A stretch of DNA of 50,077 nucleotides from a virus (taxonomy: Duplodnaviria; Caudoviricetes): positions 1 through 50,077 of IMG/VR virus record IMGVR_UViG_3300025519_000005; one strand, written 5' to 3'. Under the pieces are notes generated by a model. The model did no database searches. It saw only the letters and a program-made list of their open reading frames with translations, and was not told where the DNA came from. The stretch's first letter is position 1; every line of letters begins with the position of its first letter. This document shows, piece after piece, positions 1 to 8,639 of this stretch. Both the position numbers and the translations under genes were made by a program.

Positions 1-66
1 CAGGATTGACCCGAGTACGGCTGCTTCGGCAGAAAGGTCAGTCAGGTTCGAAGTCGTATGGGTCAC
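1..66 (-). CDS. dnaB: Replicative DNA helicase DnaB, N-terminus (truncated by window)
   Basis: GTG at 66 gives MTHTTSNLTDLSAEAAVLGSIL, the typical DnaB N-terminal motif; overlaps the end of the initiator gene. Confidence 0.7.
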   Translation of the reverse strand, partial: MTHTTSNLTDLSAEAAVLGSIL

Positions 67-835
67 CCCCTGCTTCTATCCACTCCTGCGCGGCAGCGAG
101 ACGGTCGATCATGGATTCCTTGGGCGGATCTGGATTGCGCTTCGGGGCGCCCGTTCGCGCCTTCATTCGCAACACCAAGTCCGGGAACTTCTCGCGCAGT
201 TTCTTGGCCGAAATCACGTTCACGCGCCAGAATTCGTCTGCCGTCACCCAGTCGATCACGTCGCGAATGAGGCGCTTGTCCGTCACCTTGTCGTTCTCGA
301 CCAGCTTCCGAAAGTCATCGGCCCACTTCTGGAGGTCCGCTTTCGCGATGCTGGCGTGATTGAATCCGATGCCCGCCGCCATCTCCTTGATCTTGCCGTG
401 AAAGTATGCCGCCATGCGGTAATAAGTGTTGTCCGTGTCATACGCCTTCGCCGTTTTCTTCTCGCGCTTCTTCGGCGGCACTACTGACTTCTGTGGCTCC
501 CGCTTCTGGCGTTCACGGGGCGATTCGACCCATGATCCGGCATCCTTGTTAAATCGGAGCAGGCGCGGGCGGCCAGCACCACCCGCCACCACTTCCAGCA
601 CCTTCCGCTCAATCAGCGCGGACACTTCGCGGTCTACCTGGCTGCGTGCAGCACCAATCGCTTGAGCGAGAAAGGACAGCGAAAACTCCGCCTCTTTCCG
701 CTTGTAGCCATATGTGTAGCGCCAGACGATCAGCAGGATTCTCAGTTGAGTCCCATTGAACCGGTGCTTCGCCGCCTGTTCCAGAATCTCATTCGCTATT
801 CTTGTGTACCCATCCTCAAGCTGGGGCCCGGCCAT
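38..835 (-). CDS. Phage replication initiator (lambda O-like N-terminus)
   Basis: LEDGYTRIANEILE...QLRILLIVWRYTYGY N-terminus; C-terminal DEFWRVNVISAKKLREKF motif; followed by DnaB. Confidence 0.85.
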   Translation of the reverse strand: MAGPQLEDGYTRIANEILEQAAKHRFNGTQLRILLIVWRYTYGYKRKEAEFSLSFLAQAIGAARSQVDREVSALIERKVLEVVAGGAGRPRLLRFNKDAGSWVESPRERQKREPQKSVVPPKKREKKTAKAYDTDNTYYRMAAYFHGKIKEMAAGIGFNHASIAKADLQKWADDFRKLVENDKVTDKRLIRDVIDWVTADEFWRVNVISAKKLREKFPDLVLRMKARTGAPKRNPDPPKESMIDRLAAAQEWIEAGGDPYDFEPD

Positions 836-841
836 TCGGCA

Positions 842-1513
842 TCACCCGCTTTGTGCCGCTTTCTCCTGTTCGAGTCTGGTTTGAAACAGGTCGGTAAGAC
901 GTTCTATCAGAAACGTCAGGTTTCCGCTGCAATCTTGACAGATTGACCGGATTTCGTCCCGAATGTCCGGTTCCTCGACCGTGTATCCGTTGACGAGGGC
1001 GGAAAGTATGTCATCAAATTCCATATCCCTTATAATCGAAACTTCTCGCTGATATTCACCTGAATACACATCGTTTGTTAGGTGCCCTTTCAACAAAATA
1101 GCCAGGATATTTTTTCGACTGAATCTTTTTCCTAATTTTTCAATCGCCTCCGCCACTTCGCGGGGCAGCGGCACCTTCTTGGCTTCGCGGGCTTCATCAA
1201 GTTCGCTTGCAATTCGATTGACTTCTTCAGTCGCTCGATCGGCTGCTGCTACTGCCCGTTTCTTATCCGCTTCCGCTTGTTCAACCCGTCGCATCAACTC
1301 CGTCACTTCCTCGCGGCGTTGGAGTAGTTCTTGATGGACGGCGTTATATTCGGATTCGGAATAGAGTTTAATTGCGTGTTCTTTGTCGATGTCGTGCAGA
1401 CTCCCATCCTGATCGATAATTCTGTAAAACCCGGAATACTCGCAGTAAAGGACGCACAAACCATTAATTCCTAAAGCCTTCCGCAAGTTTTCGTCTATAA
1501 CGTTAACTAGCAC
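842..1513 (-). CDS. Phage protein with DUF1642-like C-terminus
   Basis: KVPLPREVAEAIE...ALVNGYTVEE motif. Confidence 0.6.
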   Translation of the reverse strand: MLVNVIDENLRKALGINGLCVLYCEYSGFYRIIDQDGSLHDIDKEHAIKLYSESEYNAVHQELLQRREEVTELMRRVEQAEADKKRAVAAADRATEEVNRIASELDEAREAKKVPLPREVAEAIEKLGKRFSRKNILAILLKGHLTNDVYSGEYQREVSIIRDMEFDDILSALVNGYTVEEPDIRDEIRSICQDCSGNLTFLIERLTDLFQTRLEQEKAAQSG

Positions 1514-2269
1514 TTAAATCACCTCCATGTGGTAATGCTTTCCGTTCACAAATCCCTTCCGCCTTAACGCCGCTTCCACGGTTGCCAGCGCCAGTTCCGG
1601 CATGTTGTTGCTTTTGCTAAGGTGGGTCAGGTAGATGCGTTCCCCGCGCCCCCGGACCAGCTTCGCAAGCGCCTCGGCGGCCTGCTGATTCGACAGGTGC
1701 CCGATGTCCGAGAGGATGCGGGCCTTTACCGAATCCGGATAGCTGCTGACCGCCACCAGATCAGGGTCATGATTGGCCTCGATGATGTAGATGTCGCTGT
1801 CTTTCATGGCCGCCAGCATATCGCGGTCGATGTGTCCGGTATCGAGGCAGATGGAGACCGTTTCATCGCCTATTACCGTATATCCGAGCGATTCAAAGGC
1901 GTCATGATGAGTGCCGAAAGGATGTACGCCGAATTCTCCCATGTCGAACAAAAGCGGTTCATAGATTCCCTGATACTTGTCGACGATGCACTTCAATCCA
2001 TCATCCACGCCGTGGATATCCTTCCATTCGCCCTCGCTCACATAGACCGGGATGCGGTATTTGTTCGCAAGCGGCAGCCCTTGAACGTGGTCCTTGTGCG
2101 CGTGTGTCAGGAAGATGCCAGAGATTTCATCCGGTCTGATACCTACTTCCAGCAGGCGCCGCTCGATTTTGGTTTTGGGTATGCCGGCATCAATCAAGAT
2201 GGTGGTGGAGCCGGACCGGACGGCGATGCAATTTCCGCCCGACCCGCTCGCCAAAATGTCCACCCTCAC
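1514..2269 (-). CDS. Metallo-beta-lactamase-fold hydrolase (YycJ-like exonuclease)
   Basis: LASGSGGN, THAHKDH, EANHD, GHLSN, HLS motifs; adjacent to RecT. Confidence 0.9.
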   Translation of the reverse strand: MRVDILASGSGGNCIAVRSGSTTILIDAGIPKTKIERRLLEVGIRPDEISGIFLTHAHKDHVQGLPLANKYRIPVYVSEGEWKDIHGVDDGLKCIVDKYQGIYEPLLFDMGEFGVHPFGTHHDAFESLGYTVIGDETVSICLDTGHIDRDMLAAMKDSDIYIIEANHDPDLVAVSSYPDSVKARILSDIGHLSNQQAAEALAKLVRGRGERIYLTHLSKSNNMPELALATVEAALRRKGFVNGKHYHMEVI

Positions 2270-3222
2270 GGTTCAAACCCCGCCAGCAGGTCGTCGTCAT
2301 CTGTCGCTTGCGCCGCCTTCTTGGCGATGTCCAGGTCCATGAGTTTCAGAAGCTTGGTCAGTTCAGCCACGGTCGGAGTTTCGCCTTTGACGACGCCTTT
2401 CTCTGCGATGTAGGCGGCTTTGGCGTCTTTACCGGTGATGCCAAGCTCCTTGAACTTGGCGTTCATCTGCTTGCGGAGCTCTTCATATTTGGCGTCGCCG
2501 TCTTCCGGTTGTGCCTGCTGCGGCGGTTCCTGTTGCTTCTGCTCGGCTGCTGCCGCGTTTGCTTCTTCGGTAATGTCCCGGCGTTGCGGTTCATAGGCGG
2601 GAATGTCTCCACCTACCGGCTGGAAGTCTTGGTCATTCAGGTCGATGCCGAATTGGCCTTTGTACGCCCGTTTGAGCATGTGCTTTTTGAACATGTCCGG
2701 GAAGAAACCGCTGTTCCACATGTGAGCGTTGAACCCTTTTTTCATGTGTTCGACTTCTTCCACGTCCATCAGCACCACGAACGGGCGGAAGCCTTCGCGA
2801 TAGGCGATTGCATAGCCGCCAATGATTCGCCCCCGCGGGAAACCGACTTCGTGTTCAACGATTTGCCATGTGTCGCGCTGTTTGCCATCCGGCCCAATAT
2901 CGATCACCTTTCGAGCCTTGAAGGTGTCGTTTTCGTGGACGAGTTGCACGTCATGGCCTTGGTAGCCTTCTACCTGACGACCTTTGTAAACATAGCCCTC
3001 GGCCTGAATTTGGATCGACAATTTGCCTTTGTATACAACCGGTGTCACATGCCCGTAGAAAGGATTGAGGCCCATGGCGTCCGAAGCACGGACGAAAAAG
3101 CGGAATTGTTCAGGAGTCAGGTCGGCACCGAACATTTGATGCATGATTTGCACATCTTCGGCGCTAAAGCTGCCGATCGCTTGGATAGCGGTTTGGTTTT
3201 TCGGTTGCAAAGCGTTGCTCAT
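2266..3222 (-). CDS. recT: RecT/Bet-family single-strand annealing protein
   Basis: GLNPF, IQIQAEGY, IGGYAIAYR, DMFKKH motifs; RBS AAAGGAGG before the ATG at 3222. Confidence 0.8.
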   Translation of the reverse strand: MSNALQPKNQTAIQAIGSFSAEDVQIMHQMFGADLTPEQFRFFVRASDAMGLNPFYGHVTPVVYKGKLSIQIQAEGYVYKGRQVEGYQGHDVQLVHENDTFKARKVIDIGPDGKQRDTWQIVEHEVGFPRGRIIGGYAIAYREGFRPFVVLMDVEEVEHMKKGFNAHMWNSGFFPDMFKKHMLKRAYKGQFGIDLNDQDFQPVGGDIPAYEPQRRDITEEANAAAAEQKQQEPPQQAQPEDGDAKYEELRKQMNAKFKELGITGKDAKAAYIAEKGVVKGETPTVAELTKLLKLMDLDIAKKAAQATDDDDLLAGFEP

Positions 3223-3224
3223 GC

Positions 3225-3422
3225 TCAAAATCCTCCTTTCGCAGTTTCAAGGCCGCGTTTGACTTGTTTCCGTGCGGTTTCCCAGGCCTTTTCGTAAATT
3301 GCATCCGGGTCCTCGCCCGGCTCTACAGTGATCACCGCGCCGGCATCGACTTTCAGCGATTCGTAGTTTCCGAGGTTCTTTGTGTACATGAAGCCGACGG
3401 AGATTTCTTTGACTTTGCTCAT
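3225..3422 (-). CDS. Conserved small phage protein
   Basis: TKNLGNYESLKVDAG motif common in phage recombination modules; coupled to neighbours. Confidence 0.7.
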   Translation of the reverse strand: MSKVKEISVGFMYTKNLGNYESLKVDAGAVITVEPGEDPDAIYEKAWETARKQVKRGLETAKGGF

Positions 3423-3637
3423 CGCTTCGGACCCTCCCCGTTGTAGTAGGTCTTGAACGGCTTACCGCCGCGCTTGGCGATCAGCTTGCGCTCCCGGCGA
3501 CTAAGGAACAGGCCGTAATCGGATTTGATCGCCGAAGAGACGGTTGAAATGCCGAGCGTGCCGGGGATGTACTTTGCTCCTTTCGGTTTAGTCCGCTTGA
3601 ACAGCCAGCGCCGGAAACGACGAATCATACCTTTCAT
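3419..3637 (-). CDS. Hypothetical basic phage protein
   Basis: RBS GAGGGG, ATG at 3637, ATGA overlap with the next gene. Confidence 0.55.
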   Translation of the reverse strand: MKGMIRRFRRWLFKRTKPKGAKYIPGTLGISTVSSAIKSDYGLFLSRRERKLIAKRGGKPFKTYYNGEGPKR

Positions 3638-3648
3638 AGGAATCCCCT

Positions 3649-3765
3649 CTACCAAAATTTTTTGAGGAAGTGCATGGCGACGACGACGAAAAAGACCCAT
3701 ATGGAAATTGTGGAGACGACGGCGATGACATACGTGATAATGGCGGCGATTCTGGCCCATTTCAC
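3649..3765 (-). CDS. Small single-TM membrane peptide (not in ORF track)
   Basis: GGAGG RBS, GTG start; MKWARIAAIITYVIAVVSTISIWVFFVVVAMHFLKKFW. Confidence 0.55.
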   Translation of the reverse strand: MKWARIAAIITYVIAVVSTISIWVFFVVVAMHFLKKFW

Positions 3766-3770
3766 TTCGA

Positions 3771-5300
3771 TCAAGCCTCCGTTTCTATTTTGAGGTCTTG
3801 CTCCGGCACCGCGCGCCCCGTGATCAGTTGGTCATACACAGCGACGCGCCCGGTATAGCTTTCAATGCCGTCAATGAACACCGGAGTGATGAGCTCGCTT
3901 TGCTTGAACAGAACTTCGGCCAGCTCCAGACCTGCCGCGATCTTCTCACCTGCGGACAATACCGCGTAATCTTTTCCGTCCATCTGGATGCTGAAATCCG
4001 GTTCCCATTCGTCTGTAGTTTTGATGTGCTTGAACAAGCGGATGCTCAAGGATGTAAACAGGCTTTGCACCTTTTCGGCTTGCAGTTCGGCCTCTTTGGC
4101 ACGATAGGCCTTGATTGTGTCGAGAATAAAAATTGACTCTTTCAGGCTGGCGAGCGTGGCCGCCTCGTCCGCGCGGGCCTTCTCTACTTCCTGCTCCAGT
4201 TGCTGGCGGCGTTCCTTCTCGCGCACGGCGTCGATGATGGCCTGTTTTGCTTCCTGCCAGCGGCGAATTTGGTCGAGCTTCTCGGAAACGTCGATGTATT
4301 CGAGTGCGGCCAGTTCGGCTTCAAGTTCTTTCCGCTTCGCCACGATTGCGTCGTACTCGGCCTTGAATTCGGATATCCGGCGCTCTTTGTCCGCCTGTGC
4401 TGCCTCAACCGCTTCACCATGCAACGGCTGTTTGCAAACCCGGCATGCGTCGGCGATGGGCTCGGATTGAAGCGTCTGGAACTGCTGCTTCATGCGGTCG
4501 CGCTGCTCCAAAAGGGATTTGATGCGGCTTTGCAGGGCGACGATCTTCCGGTTGTTTTCGTCCGCGCCGGCTGTGGACTTCTCGATTTCAGCGATTGCCG
4601 CATCGATCTTGGCGATGTCTGCTTGCGCCACCTCAATGTCCACGGCGGGCGTCGAATCCAGTAGCGTGAGTTGCTCCTGCAACGTCTTCGTGCGGCTCTG
4701 CGCGGCGATATGCGCCTTTTCGAGCTTCGACTTCTGCCCGCCGGTGCCGCCGTGAATCTTCTGCAAGTCGTCCAGGCTGTGCTTTTTGGTGAGTTCCGCC
4801 AGCTTGGCGGCCACTGGTTCCGGCAGATGTTTGAGCACTTCGGACTTCGCGGGCGGCGTCGTGTACCGCAAGATCATTTCCCGCTGCTTTGTCCAATGCA
4901 GACCGAAAAAGTATTGCGGGTTGTAAAGGGAGAGAAATTCGTCGCGATTAAACAGGCTGGCGACGGCGGCCTCGTACTCTTTGGCTTTGGTCGGCACGTC
5001 GTTGATATAGAAGGCGTTCGTGCCCATATCGATCTCGCGGGCGAATTTGATTTGAACGCCGTCAACGGACAGGAGCAGCGACGCGAACACGCGGTCAAAT
5101 TCGTAATTGACGGGCGACGGGTTGAACTTGCTACCGAACAAGTCCGTGCCCCAAAACACCCATGCCGGCGCGGTGCCGATGCTGGTTTTGCCTTGGCCGT
5201 TGCGGCCGGACAGGCGAGTGACGTTGCCGAATTTGACCGTCCGGCTACGGTGTGACGTGAAATTGATGAGTTCGAGTTCAAGAAAACGGATATGTCGCAT
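3771..5300 (-). CDS. SMC/Rad50-like ATPase with zinc hook
   Basis: Walker A GRNGQGKTS, coiled coil, CRVC hook, LSAGE signature, VFIDGIE Walker B. Confidence 0.9.
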   Translation of the reverse strand: MRHIRFLELELINFTSHRSRTVKFGNVTRLSGRNGQGKTSIGTAPAWVFWGTDLFGSKFNPSPVNYEFDRVFASLLLSVDGVQIKFAREIDMGTNAFYINDVPTKAKEYEAAVASLFNRDEFLSLYNPQYFFGLHWTKQREMILRYTTPPAKSEVLKHLPEPVAAKLAELTKKHSLDDLQKIHGGTGGQKSKLEKAHIAAQSRTKTLQEQLTLLDSTPAVDIEVAQADIAKIDAAIAEIEKSTAGADENNRKIVALQSRIKSLLEQRDRMKQQFQTLQSEPIADACRVCKQPLHGEAVEAAQADKERRISEFKAEYDAIVAKRKELEAELAALEYIDVSEKLDQIRRWQEAKQAIIDAVREKERRQQLEQEVEKARADEAATLASLKESIFILDTIKAYRAKEAELQAEKVQSLFTSLSIRLFKHIKTTDEWEPDFSIQMDGKDYAVLSAGEKIAAGLELAEVLFKQSELITPVFIDGIESYTGRVAVYDQLITGRAVPEQDLKIETEA

Positions 5301-5309
5301 GTGCCCCTC

Positions 5310-5660
5310 CTACAGCCCGAGGCTGATTTTCAGTTTTTCGTTGACTTCCCGCATGATCGACGGCGGCAGTGTCGCAACCGGCCGGATCAACAGGCTTTTG
5401 TCGATGGTCCGCAAGTGCTCCAGCATGATCGTCGAATCGCTCCGAAGTCCGCACAAGATGCGCTTGACGAAGACGTGCGTTGTTGTGAATCGCTTTTTGC
5501 CGCTCGTGATGGAGGACACAATAACGACCGGACTGTGTTCGTTGCCGGTGTCGTTTTGCACGACGAGAACCGGACGTTTTCCGCGCTGCTCACTGCCGCT
5601 CGGACTGCCGAGGTCTGCGATCCAGATTTGGCCACGGCGGGGAAAGATGGTGTTATTCAT
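5310..5660 (-). CDS. mazF: PemK/MazF-family endoribonuclease (EndoA-like), orphan
   Basis: RRGQIWIADL..GSEQRGKRPVLVVQND..SSITS..THV..DSTIMLEHLRTIDK; RBS GGAAGGTG. Confidence 0.9.
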   Translation of the reverse strand: MNNTIFPRRGQIWIADLGSPSGSEQRGKRPVLVVQNDTGNEHSPVVIVSSITSGKKRFTTTHVFVKRILCGLRSDSTIMLEHLRTIDKSLLIRPVATLPPSIMREVNEKLKISLGL

Positions 5661-5682
5661 TCTGGCGTTCACCTTCCATTCG

Positions 5683-5738
5683 TGGTACAATGACCACAAC
5701 CTAGTTTGGTTTGGCCGCTCTCGAAGGCGGCTTTTTTA
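5683..5738 (+). ncRNA. Putative short antisense transcript upstream of mazF
   Basis: Extended -10 TGGTACAAT (5683-5691), then hairpin GCCGC-TCTCGAAG-GCGGC plus TTTTTT on the + strand. Confidence 0.35.
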
Positions 5739-6014
5739 TAGGTCTGCGAGTTCTTGTTCGAGGCGGGCGATTTCGTCAGAGATCGCTTTTTCGAGAAATG
5801 CTTGAATCTCGTCGATGATTCGTTTGTGGTGAATTCGTTCGTTGTTATATCCCGGATGTAGCGTGAATTTATGGTTGTTTTGTTTGTCTGAAAATTCGAT
5901 TCGTCCGATTTTCGAGACATGTTCGAGTTTTTCTTTCAACTCATCAATTTTGTTTGCGATTTCTCTCCCCTGTTTCGCCCTCCGCTCCATGTATTCAAGC
6001 GTCTTTCTGTCCAT
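5736..6014 (-). CDS. Hypothetical coiled-coil phage protein
   Basis: RBS GGGGGTG, MDRKTLEYMERRAK...ARLEQELADL. Confidence 0.65.
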   Translation of the reverse strand: MDRKTLEYMERRAKQGREIANKIDELKEKLEHVSKIGRIEFSDKQNNHKFTLHPGYNNERIHHKRIIDEIQAFLEKAISDEIARLEQELADL

Positions 6015-6165
6015 GTTCCGTTTCACCCCCTTCCCAGGCTTCTACCGGAATCCGGTAATATTCGGCGTTGTATACGTCCGTGATTTCACCGCGCGAAACG
6101 TAGATTCTGCCGTTTTCGATGCGCGTTACCCGGCCGCTCTCGATTGGGATTTTTCCGACAATCAC
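5995..6165 (-). CDS. Small hypothetical protein (not in ORF track)
   Basis: RBS AAAGGAG, GTG start, MIVGKIPIESGRVTRIENGRIYVSRGE..., 56 aa. Confidence 0.5.
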   Translation of the reverse strand: MIVGKIPIESGRVTRIENGRIYVSRGEITDVYNAEYYRIPVEAWEGGETEHGQKDA

Positions 6166-6257
6166 CTGCTACGCTCCTTTCTGATGATGTTTTTCACGAT
6201 CACCGCATGTTGTAGCGGATTGTGCCACCAAAGACGGGCCAGTTCGGGGAGTGTCAT
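6162..6257 (-). CDS. 31-aa hypothetical peptide (not in ORF track)
   Basis: ATGA/GTGA overlaps at both ends; MTLPELARLWWHNPLQHAVIVKNIIRKERSR. Confidence 0.4.
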   Translation of the reverse strand: MTLPELARLWWHNPLQHAVIVKNIIRKERSR

Positions 6258-6514
6258 ATCATCTTCGCCTCCAATTCGTCGATTTGGCGGCATAAGTCTT
6301 GTTCCCATTCCATGTCGCCCGCCATGTAAGCAATAAATGCAAGGTTTTTCAACTCATCGAGCCTTTGTACGATGTTCGCATTGACTTCGAGGCAATGCGT
6401 CACCTCGATCTGCTCCGACGTGCTCAGCCATTGATAGCCGCCGAGCCTTCGGGCTTTCATGGTGAGTTCGGCCAATCGGCGGTGGACTGCGTGGATTGCT
6501 AGCATATGGATCAT
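6254..6514 (-). CDS. Conserved Paenibacillus-phage-type hypothetical protein
   Basis: IHAVHRRLAEL...HCLEVNA...LKNLAFIAY..DMEW; ATGA overlap with the antirepressor. Confidence 0.65.
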   Translation of the reverse strand: MIHMLAIHAVHRRLAELTMKARRLGGYQWLSTSEQIEVTHCLEVNANIVQRLDELKNLAFIAYMAGDMEWEQDLCRQIDELEAKMI

Positions 6515-7266
6515 CCTTTCGCAAGCAAGAGCCGGAACGTCTCGCGTCCCTTCGGCGTGATGAGTGTCTGAACGCCGGTCTTCTCTCCCCGTCCCCACTC
6601 TTTGATCTGGAATAGTTCAGGCACGTATTGGGCATAGGGCTTGAGCTGTTGCTTCTGGTCACGGTATACATATCCGCGGTCCAGCAACCAAGCGATGAAG
6701 TCGCGTTCCTTCACTTTCAGTTCTTTCGCCGTGTCTCGGAAGTTGGTCAGCAGATTCCGATCGACCAGCGCATCGAAATAGTCGGCCTTGGGGCGCATTG
6801 CTGCGATCTGTTCGTTCTGTTTCCGCACCAGCGCGAGCGTCGACCGGAACATGGAGCGCGTTTCTACGTCAGCGTGCGGCAGATATGTCTCGATGAACAG
6901 ATCGTCGTTTGCCACGTAGCCGCCGGTTCGGCGAATGGTAGGCAGGACTTCGCTGGTGACCCAGCGCTTGAACTCTTTGGCTTTGGCCTTGATTTCCGTG
7001 TTGTTGCCTTGCTTCGCCGCCCCAAACACCAGGCTGTAGAGGCCGGATTCATTGACGAACTTCTTCTGCTGCGTTCTGCCGAGCGAGTCGATGACCTCCC
7101 GGTCCGTTAGGTCATCCTCATCAACGTGATTCGGGATTGCGGTATAGGGATTGGAAAACCCCAGTGCCTTCGCTGCTTCCGTCGCTCCGAACCACTCCGT
7201 GCCGTTCACTACAACAACCGGCAACTCGCCGAACGTCTGATGATTGAAAATTTGCGGTTTATTCAT
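6511..7266 (-). CDS. Phage antirepressor (BRO-N plus KilAC/ANT)
   Basis: FVNESGLYSLVF, AKEFKRWVTSEVLPTIRRTGGY, PKADYFD, QTLITPKGR. Confidence 0.92.
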   Translation of the reverse strand: MNKPQIFNHQTFGELPVVVVNGTEWFGATEAAKALGFSNPYTAIPNHVDEDDLTDREVIDSLGRTQQKKFVNESGLYSLVFGAAKQGNNTEIKAKAKEFKRWVTSEVLPTIRRTGGYVANDDLFIETYLPHADVETRSMFRSTLALVRKQNEQIAAMRPKADYFDALVDRNLLTNFRDTAKELKVKERDFIAWLLDRGYVYRDQKQQLKPYAQYVPELFQIKEWGRGEKTGVQTLITPKGRETFRLLLAKG

Positions 7267-7269
7267 AGG

Positions 7270-7617
7270 TCACCATCCTTTCGTCAGATTTTTGATGATG
7301 CATCTCAAGCTTTGAATTTCCTCGCGAAGACGGGCGTTTTCTTCCTGTAACCTTCGTAATTCGTTTTCATGGCAAGAATTCGTTTTAACTGGCGCTTCTT
7401 CGCGAGCGACATAGCCTGCTGCCTTCATCAACTCGTCAATACTCAATTGCAGTGCTGATGATAAGGCGACTAACGTATCGGCATCGGGTTTTTGGTTTCC
7501 ATTCTCCAATCTGCAAATGGTCGCTGCGCTAATTCCGGTGGCTTTACTCAATCCGATTTGCCTCCGAAATCCTGCCTTTCTCCTTGCGTCACGGAGAAAA
7601 TCGCCGAAGTCGTTCAA
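7270..7617 (-). CDS. XRE-family HTH regulator with coiled-coil tail
   Basis: FGDFLRDAR..LSKATGISAATICRLENGNQKP; RBS GGAGGGAGG, TTG start. Confidence 0.85.
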   Translation of the reverse strand: MNDFGDFLRDARRKAGFRRQIGLSKATGISAATICRLENGNQKPDADTLVALSSALQLSIDELMKAAGYVAREEAPVKTNSCHENELRRLQEENARLREEIQSLRCIIKNLTKGW

Positions 7618-7844
7618 CTTCCTCCCTCCTTCTGTAAACTTTGTGCAACATCGTCAACAAAAAAAATTTCCCTCGGGTCACGGTTGAAGACATTGGCGAT
7701 CCGGATGCCGATTTCAATTGATGTGCTCGCCCCGTTTTCAATACCGGATATAGTCGCCCTTGAAACGCCGACCCGTTCCGCCAATTCATCTTGGGTCATA
7801 TCGAACTCTTGGCTTCTTCGCAAATATTTGACGATGTTTTTCAT
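7614..7844 (-). CDS. Cro-like XRE HTH regulator (module A)
   Basis: MTQDELAERVGVSRATISGIENG; divergent from the repressor. Confidence 0.9.
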   Translation of the reverse strand: MKNIVKYLRRSQEFDMTQDELAERVGVSRATISGIENGASTSIEIGIRIANVFNRDPREIFFVDDVAQSLQKEGGS

Positions 7845-7986
7845 TTTTTCCGATCACCTCGCTTTCCGTTGTACACAGTTTACAGCCGAGCGGAGTCAAA
7901 GTAAAGTCTGTGCAACAAACTTTTTTTATGTTACAATTTACTTCTTGTACGTTTTGTTTTACAATGTTCGTTGTGTATAGTTTACA
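7633..7986. promoter_or_regulatory. Four 17-bp operator-like repeats (GTTGYACAnAGTTTACA) plus candidate repressor promoter TTTACT-N17-TACAAT
   Basis: Copies at 7633-7649 (reverse), 7868-7884, 7900-7916 (reverse), 7970-7986; promoter at 7937-7965. Confidence 0.65.
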
Positions 7987-8009
7987 ATTTGAAGGAGTGT
8001 TTTAAAAAA

Positions 8010-8462
8010 ATGAGTAATGACCTTGGGAATTACTTGAGAAAATTGAGAGGAAAACGATCGCTTCGAGATGTAGCAGAGCGCACCGGATTAAGTCATACAT
8101 ATATAGCGGATGTGGAAAATGGATTTAGGAGAGGGTCGAATAAGCCAATCAAGCCCACTCCGGAGACGTTGAAAAAGCTTTCTGAAGCATATGGAGGCGG
8201 TGAGTATACGAATCTTATGGTGTTGGCTGGATATTGGCCGGAGGACGAACTTCTTGAGCCAAAAGATAAGATATTGCAAAATGATAAAAAAGAAAGCCCC
8301 TCCGCCTACACAGCGAAAGAGCTTTCAGAAATTCCGATCGAAGAACTTGCGAATCACACACTCACCTATAAGGGGCATGTCCTGTCGGAAGACGAGAAGC
8401 GGCAGTTTTTGACGATCCTGAAAGCTGCGGAGGCGATGATCGAGAAGAATCGAGGATCGTGA
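8010..8462 (+). CDS. CI-like XRE repressor (module A), no S24 autoprotease domain
   Basis: RBS GAAGGAG, ATG at 8010; SLRDVAERTGLSHTYIADVENG HTH; 150 aa. Confidence 0.9.
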   Translation: MSNDLGNYLRKLRGKRSLRDVAERTGLSHTYIADVENGFRRGSNKPIKPTPETLKKLSEAYGGGEYTNLMVLAGYWPEDELLEPKDKILQNDKKESPSAYTAKELSEIPIEELANHTLTYKGHVLSEDEKRQFLTILKAAEAMIEKNRGS

Positions 8463-8547
8463 TGCTTTCGAGGTATTCGGTCGCTTTTGTGGTATTGATG
8501 CCCTGCGAACGCAACATACTCAGATAAATCTCTAAGTCTATCGTCAC
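8362..8547 (-). CDS. Small ORF downstream of an SOS box, convergent with and overlapping the repressor 3' end
   Basis: RBS AGAAGGAAGGGG, GTG start; upstream extended -10 TGGTATATT (8595-8587) and LexA box. Confidence 0.5.
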   Translation of the reverse strand: MTIDLEIYLSMLRSQGINTTKATEYLESITILDSSRSSPPQLSGSSKTAASRLPTGHAPYR

Positions 8548-8625
8548 AATGTCCGCCCCTTCCTTCTGCCTAGCGTGGTACTTCCAAATATACCACGATT
8601 GCCTCTCGGATGGAAGATTTTTTTG

Positions 8626-8639
8626 CGAACGTTTGTTCT
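8626..8639. promoter_or_regulatory. LexA/DinR (Cheo) SOS box
   Basis: CGAACGTTTGTTCT, intact GAAC-N4-GTTC core, intergenic. Confidence 0.75.

Noticed and set aside
5736-6014. Upstream ORF as the MazE antitoxin
   Set aside because: Coiled-coil protein without RHH or AbrB features, separated from mazF by 75 bp with a hairpin; not excluded experimentally.
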